In this document: positions 1 through 9,761 of the stretch, one piece after another
Layout: every line of letters starts with the position of its first letter
How positions within the stretch are numbered: position 1 is the first letter of the stretch
Assembly: GCF_001735745.1 (NCBI RefSeq)
Contig: NZ_CP017260.1
Span: 510,001-542,000, forward strand
Source of the DNA: Formosa sp. Hel1_33_131
Lineage (GTDB): Bacteria; Bacteroidota; Bacteroidia; Flavobacteriales; Flavobacteriaceae
Direction of reading: 5' to 3'
DNA length: 32,000 nt
Notes under the pieces: model-generated
What the model saw: the letters and a program-made list of their open reading frames with translations, nothing else
The model's database searches: none
Told to the model about the DNA's origin: nothing
Position numbers and translations under genes: made by a program

Positions 1-616
1 CAAATCCTGAAGGGACTCCAGAAAGTCCTTCTTTGTTGGATATTTCTTCAATTTTTTTCTTAGCTTGAAATACTAAATCTTGGGCTGTTTCCGTCGATTT
101 TTTAATATTTCCTTGGGTGACTTCATACAATCGTGATTCGGCCTTGTCTAATAAATCAAAAACATCTTTGGTTTCATCAAAGGCATCTTCTATGATTTCA
201 TTTGAAATTTTAATTAAACTTCGCTGAATAAATTTTTGTAAAATGATACGTGCATGAAACTCAATATGTGCCGATGAAGATACTTTTTGAGTCAATGATA
301 TAAGGTAGAAATCCCCTCCTACTAAATCAAGTTTTGAGTTTTTACGTAATTGAGTTGAAACTGTTAATAAATCTACAGGTTCACTGTTTTCAAATAATTG
401 AAGAATCGCTTCAAAAATATATTGATGGGCATCTTTATAAAAAGCATCCATACTAAGAATATCGATGACTTCATCGACTCCTTTTTTATCAATCATCATG
501 GCCCCAAGAACAACTTCTTCCAAATCAGTCGCTTGTGGTGGGATTTTTCCTTTTTCCAAGCTAATGAGCGTGCTTTTGTCTTTTTTGTAAACTTTTACTG
601 GTTCTGGTTGCTTCAT
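1..616 (-). CDS. dnaB: Replicative DNA helicase DnaB, N-terminal part (gene continues past the left window edge)
   Basis: Not in the ORF track because the frame is open to the window edge. Hand translation of the minus strand from the ATG at 616-614 gives MKQPEPVKVYKKDKSTLISLEKGKIPPQATDLEEVVLGAMMIDKKGVDEVIDILSMDAFYKDAHQYIFEAILQLFENSEPVDLLTVSTQLRK...EGLSGVPSGF. The PPQ..LEEVVLGAMM, F....H..IF and GVPSGF patterns are the DnaB N-terminal domain and linker signature. Confidence 0.85.
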   Translation of the reverse strand, partial: MKQPEPVKVYKKDKSTLISLEKGKIPPQATDLEEVVLGAMMIDKKGVDEVIDILSMDAFYKDAHQYIFEAILQLFENSEPVDLLTVSTQLRKNSKLDLVGGDFYLISLTQKVSSSAHIEFHARIILQKFIQRSLIKISNEIIEDAFDETKDVFDLLDKAESRLYEVTQGNIKKSTETAQDLVFQAKKKIEEISNKEGLSGVPSGF

Positions 617-806
617 CTAATTTTATTCAATGTTTTTTAACGGTCCTATAAGATCGCTATGAATCATTACTTTGGTAATACTATTTTAAAGGGGGCTTGT
701 TTAACGCTTACGAAAGTACTTAAAATATGAGTATAAATCGTATTGTAAAGGTAAGGGATACTCAACAATTGAACTGTTTATAAGTTCAAAATATTGTTAA
801 TAAGCA

Positions 807-844
807 TCAAAAAAGTCAAGTGAAACACTTGACTTAATTTTTTA
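807..844 (-). terminator. Rho-independent terminator downstream of accA (symmetric, potentially bidirectional)
   Basis: Perfect 10-bp stem AAGTCAAGTG (813-822) / CACTTGACTT (826-835) with a 3-nt loop. It is flanked by an A-run on the left and a T-run on the right, so either transcript ends in a U-tract. It lies about 20 nt after the accA stop codon. Confidence 0.7.
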
Positions 845-862
845 TAAGATGAAGTCTATAAC

Positions 863-1816
863 TTAATCTTTATAAACCCCCATTTGAGAGTACTTATCCA
901 TACGTTGATCTACCAATTCTTTTGGTGATAAGTTTTTAAATTCATTATACGACTTCACAATCGTATTGGAAACTGTAACAAATGTTTGCTCCCGATCTTT
1001 ATGAGCACCTCCCAGTGGTTCTTTTACAATTTCGTCCACCAATTTCATTCGCTTCATATCTTTAGCGGTTAGTTTTAAGGCTTCAGCTGCTTGCTCTTTA
1101 TATTCCCAACTTCTCCATAAAATAGAAGAGCAGGATTCTGGTGAGATCACTGAGTACCACGTATTTTCTAACATCAAGACTTTATCTCCTACCCCAATTC
1201 CGAGGGCGCCTCCAGAAGCACCTTCACCAATAATGATGGTGATGATTGGGACTTTCAAACGGGTCATCTCAAGAATATTTCGAGCGATGGCTTCCCCTTG
1301 TCCGCGTTCCTCCGCTTCCAATCCAGGGTATGCACCAGGGGTGTCAATTAACGATACGACAGGAATTCCAAATTTTTCAGCAGATTTCATCAAGCGCAAA
1401 GCTTTTCGATACCCTTCTGGATTTGCCATTCCGAAGTTTCGGTATTGACGGGTTTTGGTGTTATATCCTTTTTGTTGACCAATGAACATAAAACTTTGAT
1501 CGCCAATTTTTCCCAATCCGCCAATCATTGCTTTATCGTCCTTAAAATTACGATCGCCATGAAGCTCCAAAAATGAATCTCCACAAATTGCGTTGATATA
1601 ATCTAAGGTATAAGGTCTGTCGGGATGTCTCGACAACTGTACGCGCTGCCAAGGTGTTAAGTTTTTATAAATATCCTTTTTGGCAAGGTCCAGTTTCTTT
1701 TGAATCTGAATACATGTTTCAGTGACATCTACATCACTCTCCTCTCCAATAATTTGACATTTTTGTAATTGATCTTCTAGTTCCTTTATAGGCAACTCAA
1801 ATTCTAGATATTCCAT
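863..1816 (-). CDS. accA: Acetyl-CoA carboxylase carboxyltransferase subunit alpha
   Basis: The 317-aa ORF has the typical AccA length and sequence: [14 protein letters not shown]...[22 protein letters not shown]...[24 protein letters not shown]. Confidence 0.93.
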   Translation of the reverse strand: MEYLEFELPIKELEDQLQKCQIIGEESDVDVTETCIQIQKKLDLAKKDIYKNLTPWQRVQLSRHPDRPYTLDYINAICGDSFLELHGDRNFKDDKAMIGGLGKIGDQSFMFIGQQKGYNTKTRQYRNFGMANPEGYRKALRLMKSAEKFGIPVVSLIDTPGAYPGLEAEERGQGEAIARNILEMTRLKVPIITIIIGEGASGGALGIGVGDKVLMLENTWYSVISPESCSSILWRSWEYKEQAAEALKLTAKDMKRMKLVDEIVKEPLGGAHKDREQTFVTVSNTIVKSYNEFKNLSPKELVDQRMDKYSQMGVYKD

Positions 1817-1887
1817 AGAAATTCAAGATTAGTTTTTAGTTAGTGTACAAATATAAAACTTTAATAGGTTTAAATAGATTTCAAAGC

Positions 1888-2775
1888 TTAGATTTTGGAT
1901 TTATTGATGTTTTTAAACATGGCATTAAGAAGTACAGTGGAAATTATAAGGGCTGCACCGATGTAAAATAGCGGTCGCATGGTTTCTGTTTGTGGAAATA
2001 ATATCACTGCAAGTACAATTCCATAAATGGGTTCTAGGTTATAAGTAAGCACCAGAGTATAAGGGGTGATGTGTTTCATCACATGAATGGAGGCTATAAA
2101 TGCATAAGCTGTACAGATGGATGCTAGAATAAAGAGACATATCCAATCGGAACTGCTAAGCTGAAAATAAGAGGCGTCAAATCCATCTCCTGTAAAGGCA
2201 ATAAAAATAGACATAAACAAAACGCCACTTACAAATTCATAAAATGAGATGACACTGGCTTTATATTTTTTTACAAATTGCCCATTGAGAACAGCAAAAA
2301 GCGTAGAAAATAAGGCCGAGGAAATGCCAAGGGCTATTCCTAAAAGATATTGTAACTCCGTTTGTGTGATTAAGACAACCCCTGCAATGACAATGAATCC
2401 AAATATAATTTCATAGCCGATAATTTTACGTTTGTAAAACAAGGGTTCTATCAGAGAGGCAAAAAAGGCACCTGTAGAAAACATGGCAAGGGTGATAGAA
2501 ATATTAGAGGCTTTGATGGCGGCAAAAAACGTGATCCAATGCAAGGCGATGATCACCCCCGCAATTGAAAATCTAATGACTGCCTTTAGCGGTACTTTAA
2601 GCGACATCTTTTTAAACTTGATAAACAGAAACATGAGGACGCCTGCGATGGTCATTCGGTACCAAACCAAAGAAATTGCCTCTATCGAAATGAGTTCTCC
2701 TAAAATAGCTGTAAATCCCGCAATGAGCACCAAAAAATGAAGGTGGAGATAGTTTTTGAGTTTATCGCTTTGCAT
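1888..2775 (-). CDS. EamA/DMT-family inner-membrane permease
   Basis: 295-aa, highly hydrophobic, about 10 predicted TM segments in two similar halves. This architecture is typical of drug/metabolite transporter (EamA) proteins. Confidence 0.7.
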   Translation of the reverse strand: MQSDKLKNYLHLHFLVLIAGFTAILGELISIEAISLVWYRMTIAGVLMFLFIKFKKMSLKVPLKAVIRFSIAGVIIALHWITFFAAIKASNISITLAMFSTGAFFASLIEPLFYKRKIIGYEIIFGFIVIAGVVLITQTELQYLLGIALGISSALFSTLFAVLNGQFVKKYKASVISFYEFVSGVLFMSIFIAFTGDGFDASYFQLSSSDWICLFILASICTAYAFIASIHVMKHITPYTLVLTYNLEPIYGIVLAVILFPQTETMRPLFYIGAALIISTVLLNAMFKNINKSKI

Positions 2776-3835
2776 TGTACAAGAGGTAAATTGCTAAACT
2801 TCCAAAGACAATGTTTGGAAACCAAACGGCCAATAATGGAGAAAAATCAGATTGCTCCGCCATCACTCCAAAGACTTTATCGAAAAATACATAAATCATA
2901 GCAATGACTATTCCGAATGCTAAATTAACACCCATCCCTCCACGGCGTTTGACAGAAGATACTGCAACAGCAATAATGGTGAGTATAAAAACGGATACTG
3001 GTAAACTCCATTTTTTATATTGCACTACTTTATAACGGTTGATATTAGAAGACCCACGTACTTCTTCACGAGCAATAAATGTCATTAACTCTCCATAGGT
3101 CAGTGTTTCAGCAACGTACATTGGGGGGGTTAAATCTTGCAAGTCAAAACTGAAAATGGTGTCTTTTTTACGAATGTATTCAAGTTGATCTTCGTTTTCA
3201 CCTATGGTTCTTAAATTATAATTTGTCAATTGATAGGTACTGTCTTTTTCGATATAACGAATTTGAGAGGCATGAATTTTGTAGGCTAACTTATTACCTT
3301 CAAAATGTTCAAGGGTGAAATTATTTCCCCGCTTTGCCTTGGTGTCAAAATTACTAACATAAATGTAATCATTATCATTTATTTGTCGGTAGATGTGTTG
3401 GGTTTCAACAACTTTATTACTGTTTAGATACTTGTATGTAAATTCATTAAATCCTTTACTGGCAATAGGTGCCCAGTACATTCCTAGCATCAATGCGAGG
3501 CCTGCAACAAAAGTAGCTCCAATTAAATAGGGTCGTAAAAACCGTGAGAAAGATACACCTGAACTCAAAAACGCAACAATTTCTGTGTTGTTGGCGAGTT
3601 TGGACGTAAACCAGATGACCGATAAAAATAAAAACAACGGAAATAAGAGGGTGGCAAAATATATTGTGAAATCAAAATAATAAGAGACGACTTCTGGAAA
3701 AGGGACTTCATACTCTAAAATACGATCAATTTTTTCAGCAAGATTGATCGTAATTCCGATAGGAATAAACAGTAATAACATCATGAAAAATGTAAACAAA
3801 TACCGCTTTAATATGTACCAATCTAGAATTTTCAT
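2762..3835 (-). CDS. LptF/LptG-family (YjgP/YjgQ) LPS export permease
   Basis: 357-aa with an N-terminal MKILDWYILKRYLFTFFMMLLLF motif, three TM segments, a roughly 130-aa periplasmic beta-jellyroll insert, then three TM segments. This is the characteristic LptF/G layout. Confidence 0.8.
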   Translation of the reverse strand: MKILDWYILKRYLFTFFMMLLLFIPIGITINLAEKIDRILEYEVPFPEVVSYYFDFTIYFATLLFPLFLFLSVIWFTSKLANNTEIVAFLSSGVSFSRFLRPYLIGATFVAGLALMLGMYWAPIASKGFNEFTYKYLNSNKVVETQHIYRQINDNDYIYVSNFDTKAKRGNNFTLEHFEGNKLAYKIHASQIRYIEKDSTYQLTNYNLRTIGENEDQLEYIRKKDTIFSFDLQDLTPPMYVAETLTYGELMTFIAREEVRGSSNINRYKVVQYKKWSLPVSVFILTIIAVAVSSVKRRGGMGVNLAFGIVIAMIYVFFDKVFGVMAEQSDFSPLLAVWFPNIVFGSLAIYLLYNAKR

Positions 3836-3839
3836 ACGC

Positions 3840-4970
3840 CTATAAACGATTATCCATTTGTTTGACCATCATGGCTTTCCAAGTTCCAAAATCACCTGCT
3901 AAAATATGCTTTCGAGCTTCGCGAGTCAACCATAAATAAAAGCCTAAGTTATGAATTGTAGCGATTTGTTTTCCTAATAATTCGTTAACACTGAACAAAT
4001 GTTTTAAATATGCTTTTGAATATTCGGTGTCTACAAAGGTAATTCCCATCTCATCAATGGGAGAAAAATCATCTTTCCATTTTAGATTTTTAATATTTAT
4101 AGAGCCATGGGCTGTAAATAACATTCCATTTCTAGCGTTACGCGTTGGCATCACACAATCAAACATATCAACACCCAAAGCAATGTTTTCTAAAATATTG
4201 ATTGGCGTTCCTACACCCATTAAATAGCGGGGTTTATCTTCGGGAAGAATTTCGCAAACTACATCGGTCATGGCATACATTTCATCTGCTGGCTCTCCTA
4301 CTGACAGTCCGCCAATGGCATTCCCTACCGCGCCGGCATTGGCGATGTATTCAGCTGATTGCTGTCTTAAATCTTTATAGGTACTTCCCTGAACAATCGG
4401 GAAAAACGCTTGATCAAAACCGTATTTTAAGGGTGTTTTATCGAGGTGATTTATACAACGGTCCAACCAACGGTGCGTCATGTACATCGATCGTTTTGCA
4501 TAGTTATAATCGCAAGGATAGGGCGTACATTCATCAAAAGCCATGATGATATCGGCGCCAATACTGCGCTGAATTTCCATCACATTTTCTGGTGTAAAGG
4601 TGTGCATACTGCCATCAATATGACTTTTAAATCGGACGCCTTCTTCTTTAATTTTTCGATTGGCAGAAAGGGAATACACTTGATACCCTCCGGAATCCGT
4701 CAGAATATTGCGGTCCCAATTCATGAATTTATGAAGTCCCCCTGCTTTTTCTAAAATATCTATTTGAGGGCGAAGGAATAAATGATAGGTATTTGCTAAA
4801 ATAACATCTGGATTGATGTCATTTTTAAGTTCGCGTTGGTGCACACCTTTGACAGTTCCCACGGTGCCTACTGGCATAAAAATGGGAGTTTCAATCACGC
4901 CGTGATCTGTTGTTATGGTGGCTGCACGCGCCTTCGTATCCGTGTCTTTTTTTAGTAAATCGAATTTCAA
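3840..4970 (-). CDS. tgt: tRNA-guanine transglycosylase (queuine tRNA-ribosyltransferase)
   Basis: 376-aa with diagnostic Tgt blocks: TPIFMPVGT.GTVKG, LANTYHL, TDSGG.Q, MAFDEC and LMGVGTP. Confidence 0.93.
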   Translation of the reverse strand: MKFDLLKKDTDTKARAATITTDHGVIETPIFMPVGTVGTVKGVHQRELKNDINPDVILANTYHLFLRPQIDILEKAGGLHKFMNWDRNILTDSGGYQVYSLSANRKIKEEGVRFKSHIDGSMHTFTPENVMEIQRSIGADIIMAFDECTPYPCDYNYAKRSMYMTHRWLDRCINHLDKTPLKYGFDQAFFPIVQGSTYKDLRQQSAEYIANAGAVGNAIGGLSVGEPADEMYAMTDVVCEILPEDKPRYLMGVGTPINILENIALGVDMFDCVMPTRNARNGMLFTAHGSINIKNLKWKDDFSPIDEMGITFVDTEYSKAYLKHLFSVNELLGKQIATIHNLGFYLWLTREARKHILAGDFGTWKAMMVKQMDNRL

Positions 4971-5057
4971 ACTCTTAAATTACAAGGTTAATGGTGAATT
5001 TTTTTTAGGATATAAAAATAACTTTAATACCCTAAGCACAAAAACTTCTGATGGCTA

Positions 5058-5627
5058 TTATTTCTTCGGACGCGGCTTGTAGTTGATTAAGTAATCGCCT
5101 TTGGGCGCACCTTCATCAAACGAGCTGCCTTTTAGGAGTACACGAGTTTGTTCGCGAGCGTCTTGATTGCTCCAACCTTCGTACTCCATTCTATAAATTG
5201 CAGAAAATAATTGTGCACGACCCACCCCATGATAGCAATGAAGCAATACAGGATAGTTAGACGGATCGTCCATGATGGTTAAGAATTTATCAACTGTTTC
5301 TTGTGTTGGCACTTGATCGGTTCCTAGGTTAAAATAAGTCACTCCTTCAAGCTTTTCAACGGCTTCTTTTTCAGCAGTGAGTTCTTGAGGAATTTCTGGA
5401 TTATTCACCTTGTCAGTGGTATGAGGAAAACGTAAATCGATTACACTATTGATTTGGTGATCTTGAATGTATGTTGCGATTTTCTCAGGAGGAATTACCC
5501 CTGATTTATAAACTTTATTTTCTGAAATTTCTTTGAAATTATAATTGATATGTACATCGTACACATATTTTGAAACACCTATCACAATCACACTTAAAAG
5601 AAAGAGTCCTATTTTTTTCTTCATCAC
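5058..5627 (-). CDS. Membrane-anchored or secreted Cys-based (dual-specificity/tyrosine) protein phosphatase-like protein
   Basis: 189-aa with an N-terminal hydrophobic signal/anchor (MMKKKIGLFLLSVIVIG). The CX5R P-loop HCYHGVGRA is visible in the translation. Confidence 0.65.
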   Translation of the reverse strand: MMKKKIGLFLLSVIVIGVSKYVYDVHINYNFKEISENKVYKSGVIPPEKIATYIQDHQINSVIDLRFPHTTDKVNNPEIPQELTAEKEAVEKLEGVTYFNLGTDQVPTQETVDKFLTIMDDPSNYPVLLHCYHGVGRAQLFSAIYRMEYEGWSNQDAREQTRVLLKGSSFDEGAPKGDYLINYKPRPKK

Positions 5628-5640
5628 TATTCTATTTTAA

Positions 5641-7569
5641 TTATAAATTTCTATCAATAATTCGTTCAAAATAATCTTTTAAAAATGCTTTACAAGCCAA
5701 CTCAACAGCGTCCATTTCTTCAGTACGGTTTGCTATTAAATTTGTTTCCAGCTTTAAATCATTTATATCATAAAAACCAATGGCTTTTGCTCCGTCAAAG
5801 ATACAAATTATATTCCCCTTACTGTATTGATAATTTTGCCCGTTAAAATTCATCACATAAGGGGGCATTCTGTCAACACTACTATCCACTAAACTACGCC
5901 CCCAACTTCTAAACGGCTTGTTGTATCCGACCATGTCTAAAATGGTTGGGTAGATGTCAATTTGTTGTGCCAAATCAGTATTAACTCCTATATATTCTTC
6001 ATTAGGGCTGTAAATCAAAATGGGAACGGCATACCTGTTAATCGGATTCAAATACTGTTCCTTGTAATAAATTTGATTGGTATGATCGGCGGTAATGATA
6101 AAAATCGTGTTGTCAAACCAAGATTCTTTTTTGGCGGCTTCAAAGAATTGTTTGAAAGCAAAATCAGTATAGCCTACACATTGGTGCATTGGCAGGTTTC
6201 CTTTAGGGAATACCCCTTCATATTCCTTAGGAACAATATAGGGTTCGTGAGAAGTGACCGTGAAAATTGTAGAGAAAAAGGGCGTCGTTTTGGTATCTAA
6301 AACCTCTTTTGTGTATTGAAAAAAGGGATCGTCCCAAATCCCCCAAACACCATCAAATAAGAGGTCGTTGTTGAATTCTGTTTTTCCATAATAGTGATCA
6401 AATCCTAGAATGTTTGAAAATCCTAAAAACCCCATAGACCCATTGGGAGCTCCATGGAAAAAAGAAGTGTCGTAGCCTTCGTCGTTTAACACAGATACGA
6501 GCGATTCCACATCTTGATTTGCAAAAGGGGAGGACGTAAACGCATCTTTAAAGGAAGGAATTCCTGCCAATACGGAAGACATTCCGTGGATGGATTTTCT
6601 GCCGTTTGCAAAGGCATTGTTAAATATCAAACTTTTCGTTGCTAGCGAATCTAAGAAGGGCGTATAACCAACATAATCCTTGATTTCTGTAGGGTTATTA
6701 AAGGCGCCTATATATTCTCTGCTGTAACTTTCGGTAATAAAAACAACGATGTTTGGTTTGTTTGGAACTGTTTTTTGATAGACTTTCATCGGTTGCACTA
6801 AACTGTCAACAACCGATTTCTGCAAATCAAAAGATACTTTTTTAAAAGTCTTTTTATTGAAGGTTCTAATAATTGCAAAAGGAGTGTTTAGCACAAAATC
6901 GGCATGTTGAATTTTAGAGGTATGCCTGTTTGCATCCACTAGATTTATGGGGCGTGTGCTGTATTTAAAATCACCTCTAATCCCTCCGACCATAAGCGTT
7001 GCCATAATAAGAAACGAAACTACGGATGTAAGGATGTAAGCCGTTAAACTTTTCGCATAGGGTTCTGTGCTCACTTTTACCTTTTTGTAAAGGAATATCC
7101 ACAAAGCAGCTGATAAAATAAATAAGAGAAAAACATGCCAATAACTGACGGCAAAACGCCCAAGCATTTGAGGGAGATTGCTTTCATTTTCAATCACATC
7201 CCACTCAGAAACGGTGGTCCTGCTAAAATTATATTTGTAATAAATCAAATCCACAAAGTTCAAGACCATCCCGATCAAGTTGGTCAAAAAGTAAATAATA
7301 AACAAAAATTTCTGATAGCCTCTTTGCGTATTAACTCTCAATGGAAGCATTGAAAACAACACAAATAAACCATTTAGATAAAATATAGCGGTCGTATCAA
7401 ATGCAAGTCCGTGATAACTCAGTCTTAAGTACTCAAATAGAGAATCAATTTCTAAAAACGAATAATTATAAATAAAGAATAAAAAACGACTTAGTGTGTA
7501 AAAAAAATAAACAAGTAACAGTCTGTAAAGCATTACTTTATACTCTTGTAGTCTGAGGAATTTTAACAT
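5641..7569 (-). CDS. LTA-synthase / sulfatase-family (alkaline-phosphatase superfamily) membrane transferase
   Basis: 642-aa. The N-terminal ~200 aa is polytopic membrane domain, followed by an extracytoplasmic sulfatase-type domain (NIVVFITESYSREY..., FFHGAPNGSMGF, ITADHT). Confidence 0.7.
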   Translation of the reverse strand: MLKFLRLQEYKVMLYRLLLVYFFYTLSRFLFFIYNYSFLEIDSLFEYLRLSYHGLAFDTTAIFYLNGLFVLFSMLPLRVNTQRGYQKFLFIIYFLTNLIGMVLNFVDLIYYKYNFSRTTVSEWDVIENESNLPQMLGRFAVSYWHVFLLFILSAALWIFLYKKVKVSTEPYAKSLTAYILTSVVSFLIMATLMVGGIRGDFKYSTRPINLVDANRHTSKIQHADFVLNTPFAIIRTFNKKTFKKVSFDLQKSVVDSLVQPMKVYQKTVPNKPNIVVFITESYSREYIGAFNNPTEIKDYVGYTPFLDSLATKSLIFNNAFANGRKSIHGMSSVLAGIPSFKDAFTSSPFANQDVESLVSVLNDEGYDTSFFHGAPNGSMGFLGFSNILGFDHYYGKTEFNNDLLFDGVWGIWDDPFFQYTKEVLDTKTTPFFSTIFTVTSHEPYIVPKEYEGVFPKGNLPMHQCVGYTDFAFKQFFEAAKKESWFDNTIFIITADHTNQIYYKEQYLNPINRYAVPILIYSPNEEYIGVNTDLAQQIDIYPTILDMVGYNKPFRSWGRSLVDSSVDRMPPYVMNFNGQNYQYSKGNIICIFDGAKAIGFYDINDLKLETNLIANRTEEMDAVELACKAFLKDYFERIIDRNL

Positions 7570-7744
7570 AGAAATGGTTCAAAAATATGTGTAAAAATAG
7601 AAAATAAATTACACTTTCAAACACTGCTTCTCCCTTTTTATAAATTGTTAGTTAAATTGTAAAAAATACAAGATTAATTATCTTATCTCTTTAAAATAAA
7701 AATTATATTTGGAGATCGATTTTTTAACATCTAAAACCTAGTCA

Positions 7745-8587
7745 ATGTCAAACAAAAATTTACATGATTTAACAACCCAAGTTCGTAGAGATATTTTACG
7801 AATGGTTCACAAAGTAAACTCTGGACATCCAGGCGGTTCCTTAGGCTGTGCAGAATTTCTAGTGGCACTTTATACGAACATCATGCATCGCAAAGAAGGT
7901 TTTGACATGGATGGGATTGATGAGGATTTATTTTTCCTTTCAAATGGTCATATTTCTCCTGTTTTTTACAGCGTATTGGCACATTCAGGCTACTTCCCAG
8001 TTGAAGAACTGAACACGTTTAGATTGTTAAACTCACGATTGCAAGGCCACCCAACAACACATGAAGGGCTTCCCGGAATTCGAATTGCTTCTGGATCTTT
8101 AGGTCAAGGGCTTTCGGTTGCTATTGGTGCGGCACAAACAAAAAAATTAAATAAAGATGCACGTTTGATCTATAGCCTTCACGGCGATGGCGAATTACAA
8201 GAGGGTCAAAATTGGGAAGCGATCATGTATGCTTCTGCAAAAAATGTTGACAATATCATTGCAACCATCGATTTAAACGGCAAACAAATTGACGGCGCTA
8301 CCGATGATGTACTTCCTATGGGAAGTATTAAACGGAAGTTTGAAGCTTTTGATTGGACGGTTATCGAAATTGAAAACGGAAATGATATTGAGGCCATCTT
8401 AGAAGGAATGGCAACGGCCAAAGCTGCTACTGGAAAAGGAAAACCGGTTTGTGTGCTCTTAAAAACCATGATGGGCAATGGTGTTGATTTCATGATGCAC
8501 ACCCATGCATGGCACGGAAAAGCACCGAATGACGAACAGTTAGAAAGTGCTTTAAATCAGAATCCAGAAACTTTAGGAGATTATTAA
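7745..8587 (+). CDS. Transketolase, N-terminal (TPP-binding) subunit
   Basis: 280-aa with SGHPGGSLG, FFLSNGH, GSLGQGLSVAIG and GDGELQEGQNWEA motifs. It is followed 18 nt later by the C-terminal subunit gene. Confidence 0.9.
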   Translation: MSNKNLHDLTTQVRRDILRMVHKVNSGHPGGSLGCAEFLVALYTNIMHRKEGFDMDGIDEDLFFLSNGHISPVFYSVLAHSGYFPVEELNTFRLLNSRLQGHPTTHEGLPGIRIASGSLGQGLSVAIGAAQTKKLNKDARLIYSLHGDGELQEGQNWEAIMYASAKNVDNIIATIDLNGKQIDGATDDVLPMGSIKRKFEAFDWTVIEIENGNDIEAILEGMATAKAATGKGKPVCVLLKTMMGNGVDFMMHTHAWHGKAPNDEQLESALNQNPETLGDY

Positions 8588-8605
8588 TTTCAAAACCAAC
8601 ATAGA

Positions 8606-9559
8606 ATGAAAACTTATACATATACAGAGAAAAAAGATACGAGAAGTGGTTTTGGAGCTGGTCTTACAGAGCTTGGAAGAACCAACCCAAACGTCGTGGC
8701 ACTTTGTGCAGATTTGATTGGCTCTTTAAAAATGAATCAATTTATTGATGAAAATCCAGAACGTTTTTTTCAAATTGGAATTGCGGAAGCGAATATGATG
8801 TCTATTGCCGCCGGCTTGACTATTGGAGGTAAAATACCCTTTACAGGAACGTTTGCTAACTTTTCTACCGGTCGTGTTTATGATCAAATCAGACAATCGA
8901 TCGCATACTCTGACAAGAATGTAAAAATATGTGCATCTCACGCTGGATTAACCCTAGGTGAAGATGGCGCTACCCACCAAATCCTAGAAGATATCGGATT
9001 GATGAAAATGCTTCCGGGCATGGTGGTTATCAATACCTGTGACTACAACCAAACCAAAGCAGCAACGATTGCGATTGCGGATTATGAAGGTCCTGTCTAT
9101 TTAAGATTTGGAAGGCCAGCAGTGCCCGTTTTCACTCCTGCTGATCAAGTGTTTGAAATTGGAAAAGCCATTCAACTTCAAGAAGGTTCGGATGTGACGA
9201 TTGTTGCGACTGGACATCTTGTTTGGGAAGCGCTTGAAGCCGCCAAAGTATTGCATGAACAAGGCATTTCAGCGGATGTGATCAATATCCATACCATCAA
9301 ACCCTTAGATGATAAAGCCATTTTAGATTCTGTGGCGAAAACAGGTTGTATTGTCACTGCCGAAGAACACAACCACCTTGGAGGTTTGGGAGAAAGTGTG
9401 GCGAGAGTCTTAGGACTTCACCATCCAACACCGCAAGAGTTTGTAGCGACGAATGATACGTTTGGAGAGTCAGGAACCCCTGCTCAATTGATGGAAAAAT
9501 ACGGACTTAACAGTGATAGCATTGTTGAGAAAGCATTGAAAGTTATTAAGAGAAAATAA
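8606..9559 (+). CDS. Transketolase, C-terminal (pyrimidine-binding plus C-terminal domain) subunit
   Basis: 317-aa with FFQIGIAEANMMSIAAGL, HAGLTLGEDGATHQ and NIHTIKPLD motifs. It pairs with the preceding ORF as a two-subunit transketolase. Confidence 0.9.
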   Translation: MKTYTYTEKKDTRSGFGAGLTELGRTNPNVVALCADLIGSLKMNQFIDENPERFFQIGIAEANMMSIAAGLTIGGKIPFTGTFANFSTGRVYDQIRQSIAYSDKNVKICASHAGLTLGEDGATHQILEDIGLMKMLPGMVVINTCDYNQTKAATIAIADYEGPVYLRFGRPAVPVFTPADQVFEIGKAIQLQEGSDVTIVATGHLVWEALEAAKVLHEQGISADVINIHTIKPLDDKAILDSVAKTGCIVTAEEHNHLGGLGESVARVLGLHHPTPQEFVATNDTFGESGTPAQLMEKYGLNSDSIVEKALKVIKRK

Positions 9560-9584
9560 CGGTAAATACATTTCTGTTTAAAAC

Positions 9585-9741
9585 AAAGAGGCTGTCTAAA
9601 AAGTATGAAAACCTGTCATTCTGAGCCTGCCTGACGGTAGGCAGGTTTATTTCAGAATCTTAAAACATTGATTTTCAAAATATTATTAGAATCTGAAACT
9701 AGTTCAGATTGACAAAATGTAGCTTTTTAGACAGCCTCTTT
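9585..9741. repeat. Nested palindromic intergenic element (REP/MITE-like, or a compound bidirectional terminator)
   Basis: A perfect 19-bp inverted repeat, AAAGAGGCTGTCTAAAAAG (9585-9603) / CTTTTTAGACAGCCTCTTT (9723-9741), encloses three inner hairpins: ATTCTGA...TCAGAAT, CCTGCCT-GACGGT-AGGCAGG and AATCTGAA-ACTAG-TTCAGATT. It lies between two convergent genes. Confidence 0.6.
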
Positions 9742-9761
9742 AATATCTATAATTGAACTCT

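Noticed and set aside
398-640. 80-aa plus-strand ORF from the ORF track
   Set aside because: It lies antisense to a clear DnaB N-terminal coding frame on the minus strand. Its sequence is low-complexity and Phe/Asn-rich, so it is most likely a spurious antisense ORF.
1233-1485. Plus-strand ORFs inside accA, and similar antisense ORFs inside tgt, the sulfatase gene, the transketolase genes and the PRTase gene
   Set aside because: They are antisense to confidently identified housekeeping genes, short, and have no recognisable features.
7745-9559. Transketolase split into two ORFs as a frameshifted pseudogene
   Set aside because: The two ORFs correspond exactly to the N-terminal TPP-binding and C-terminal pyrimidine-binding halves. 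They have a clean stop, an 18-nt spacer and a new ATG. Two-subunit transketolases are a normal, widespread arrangement.
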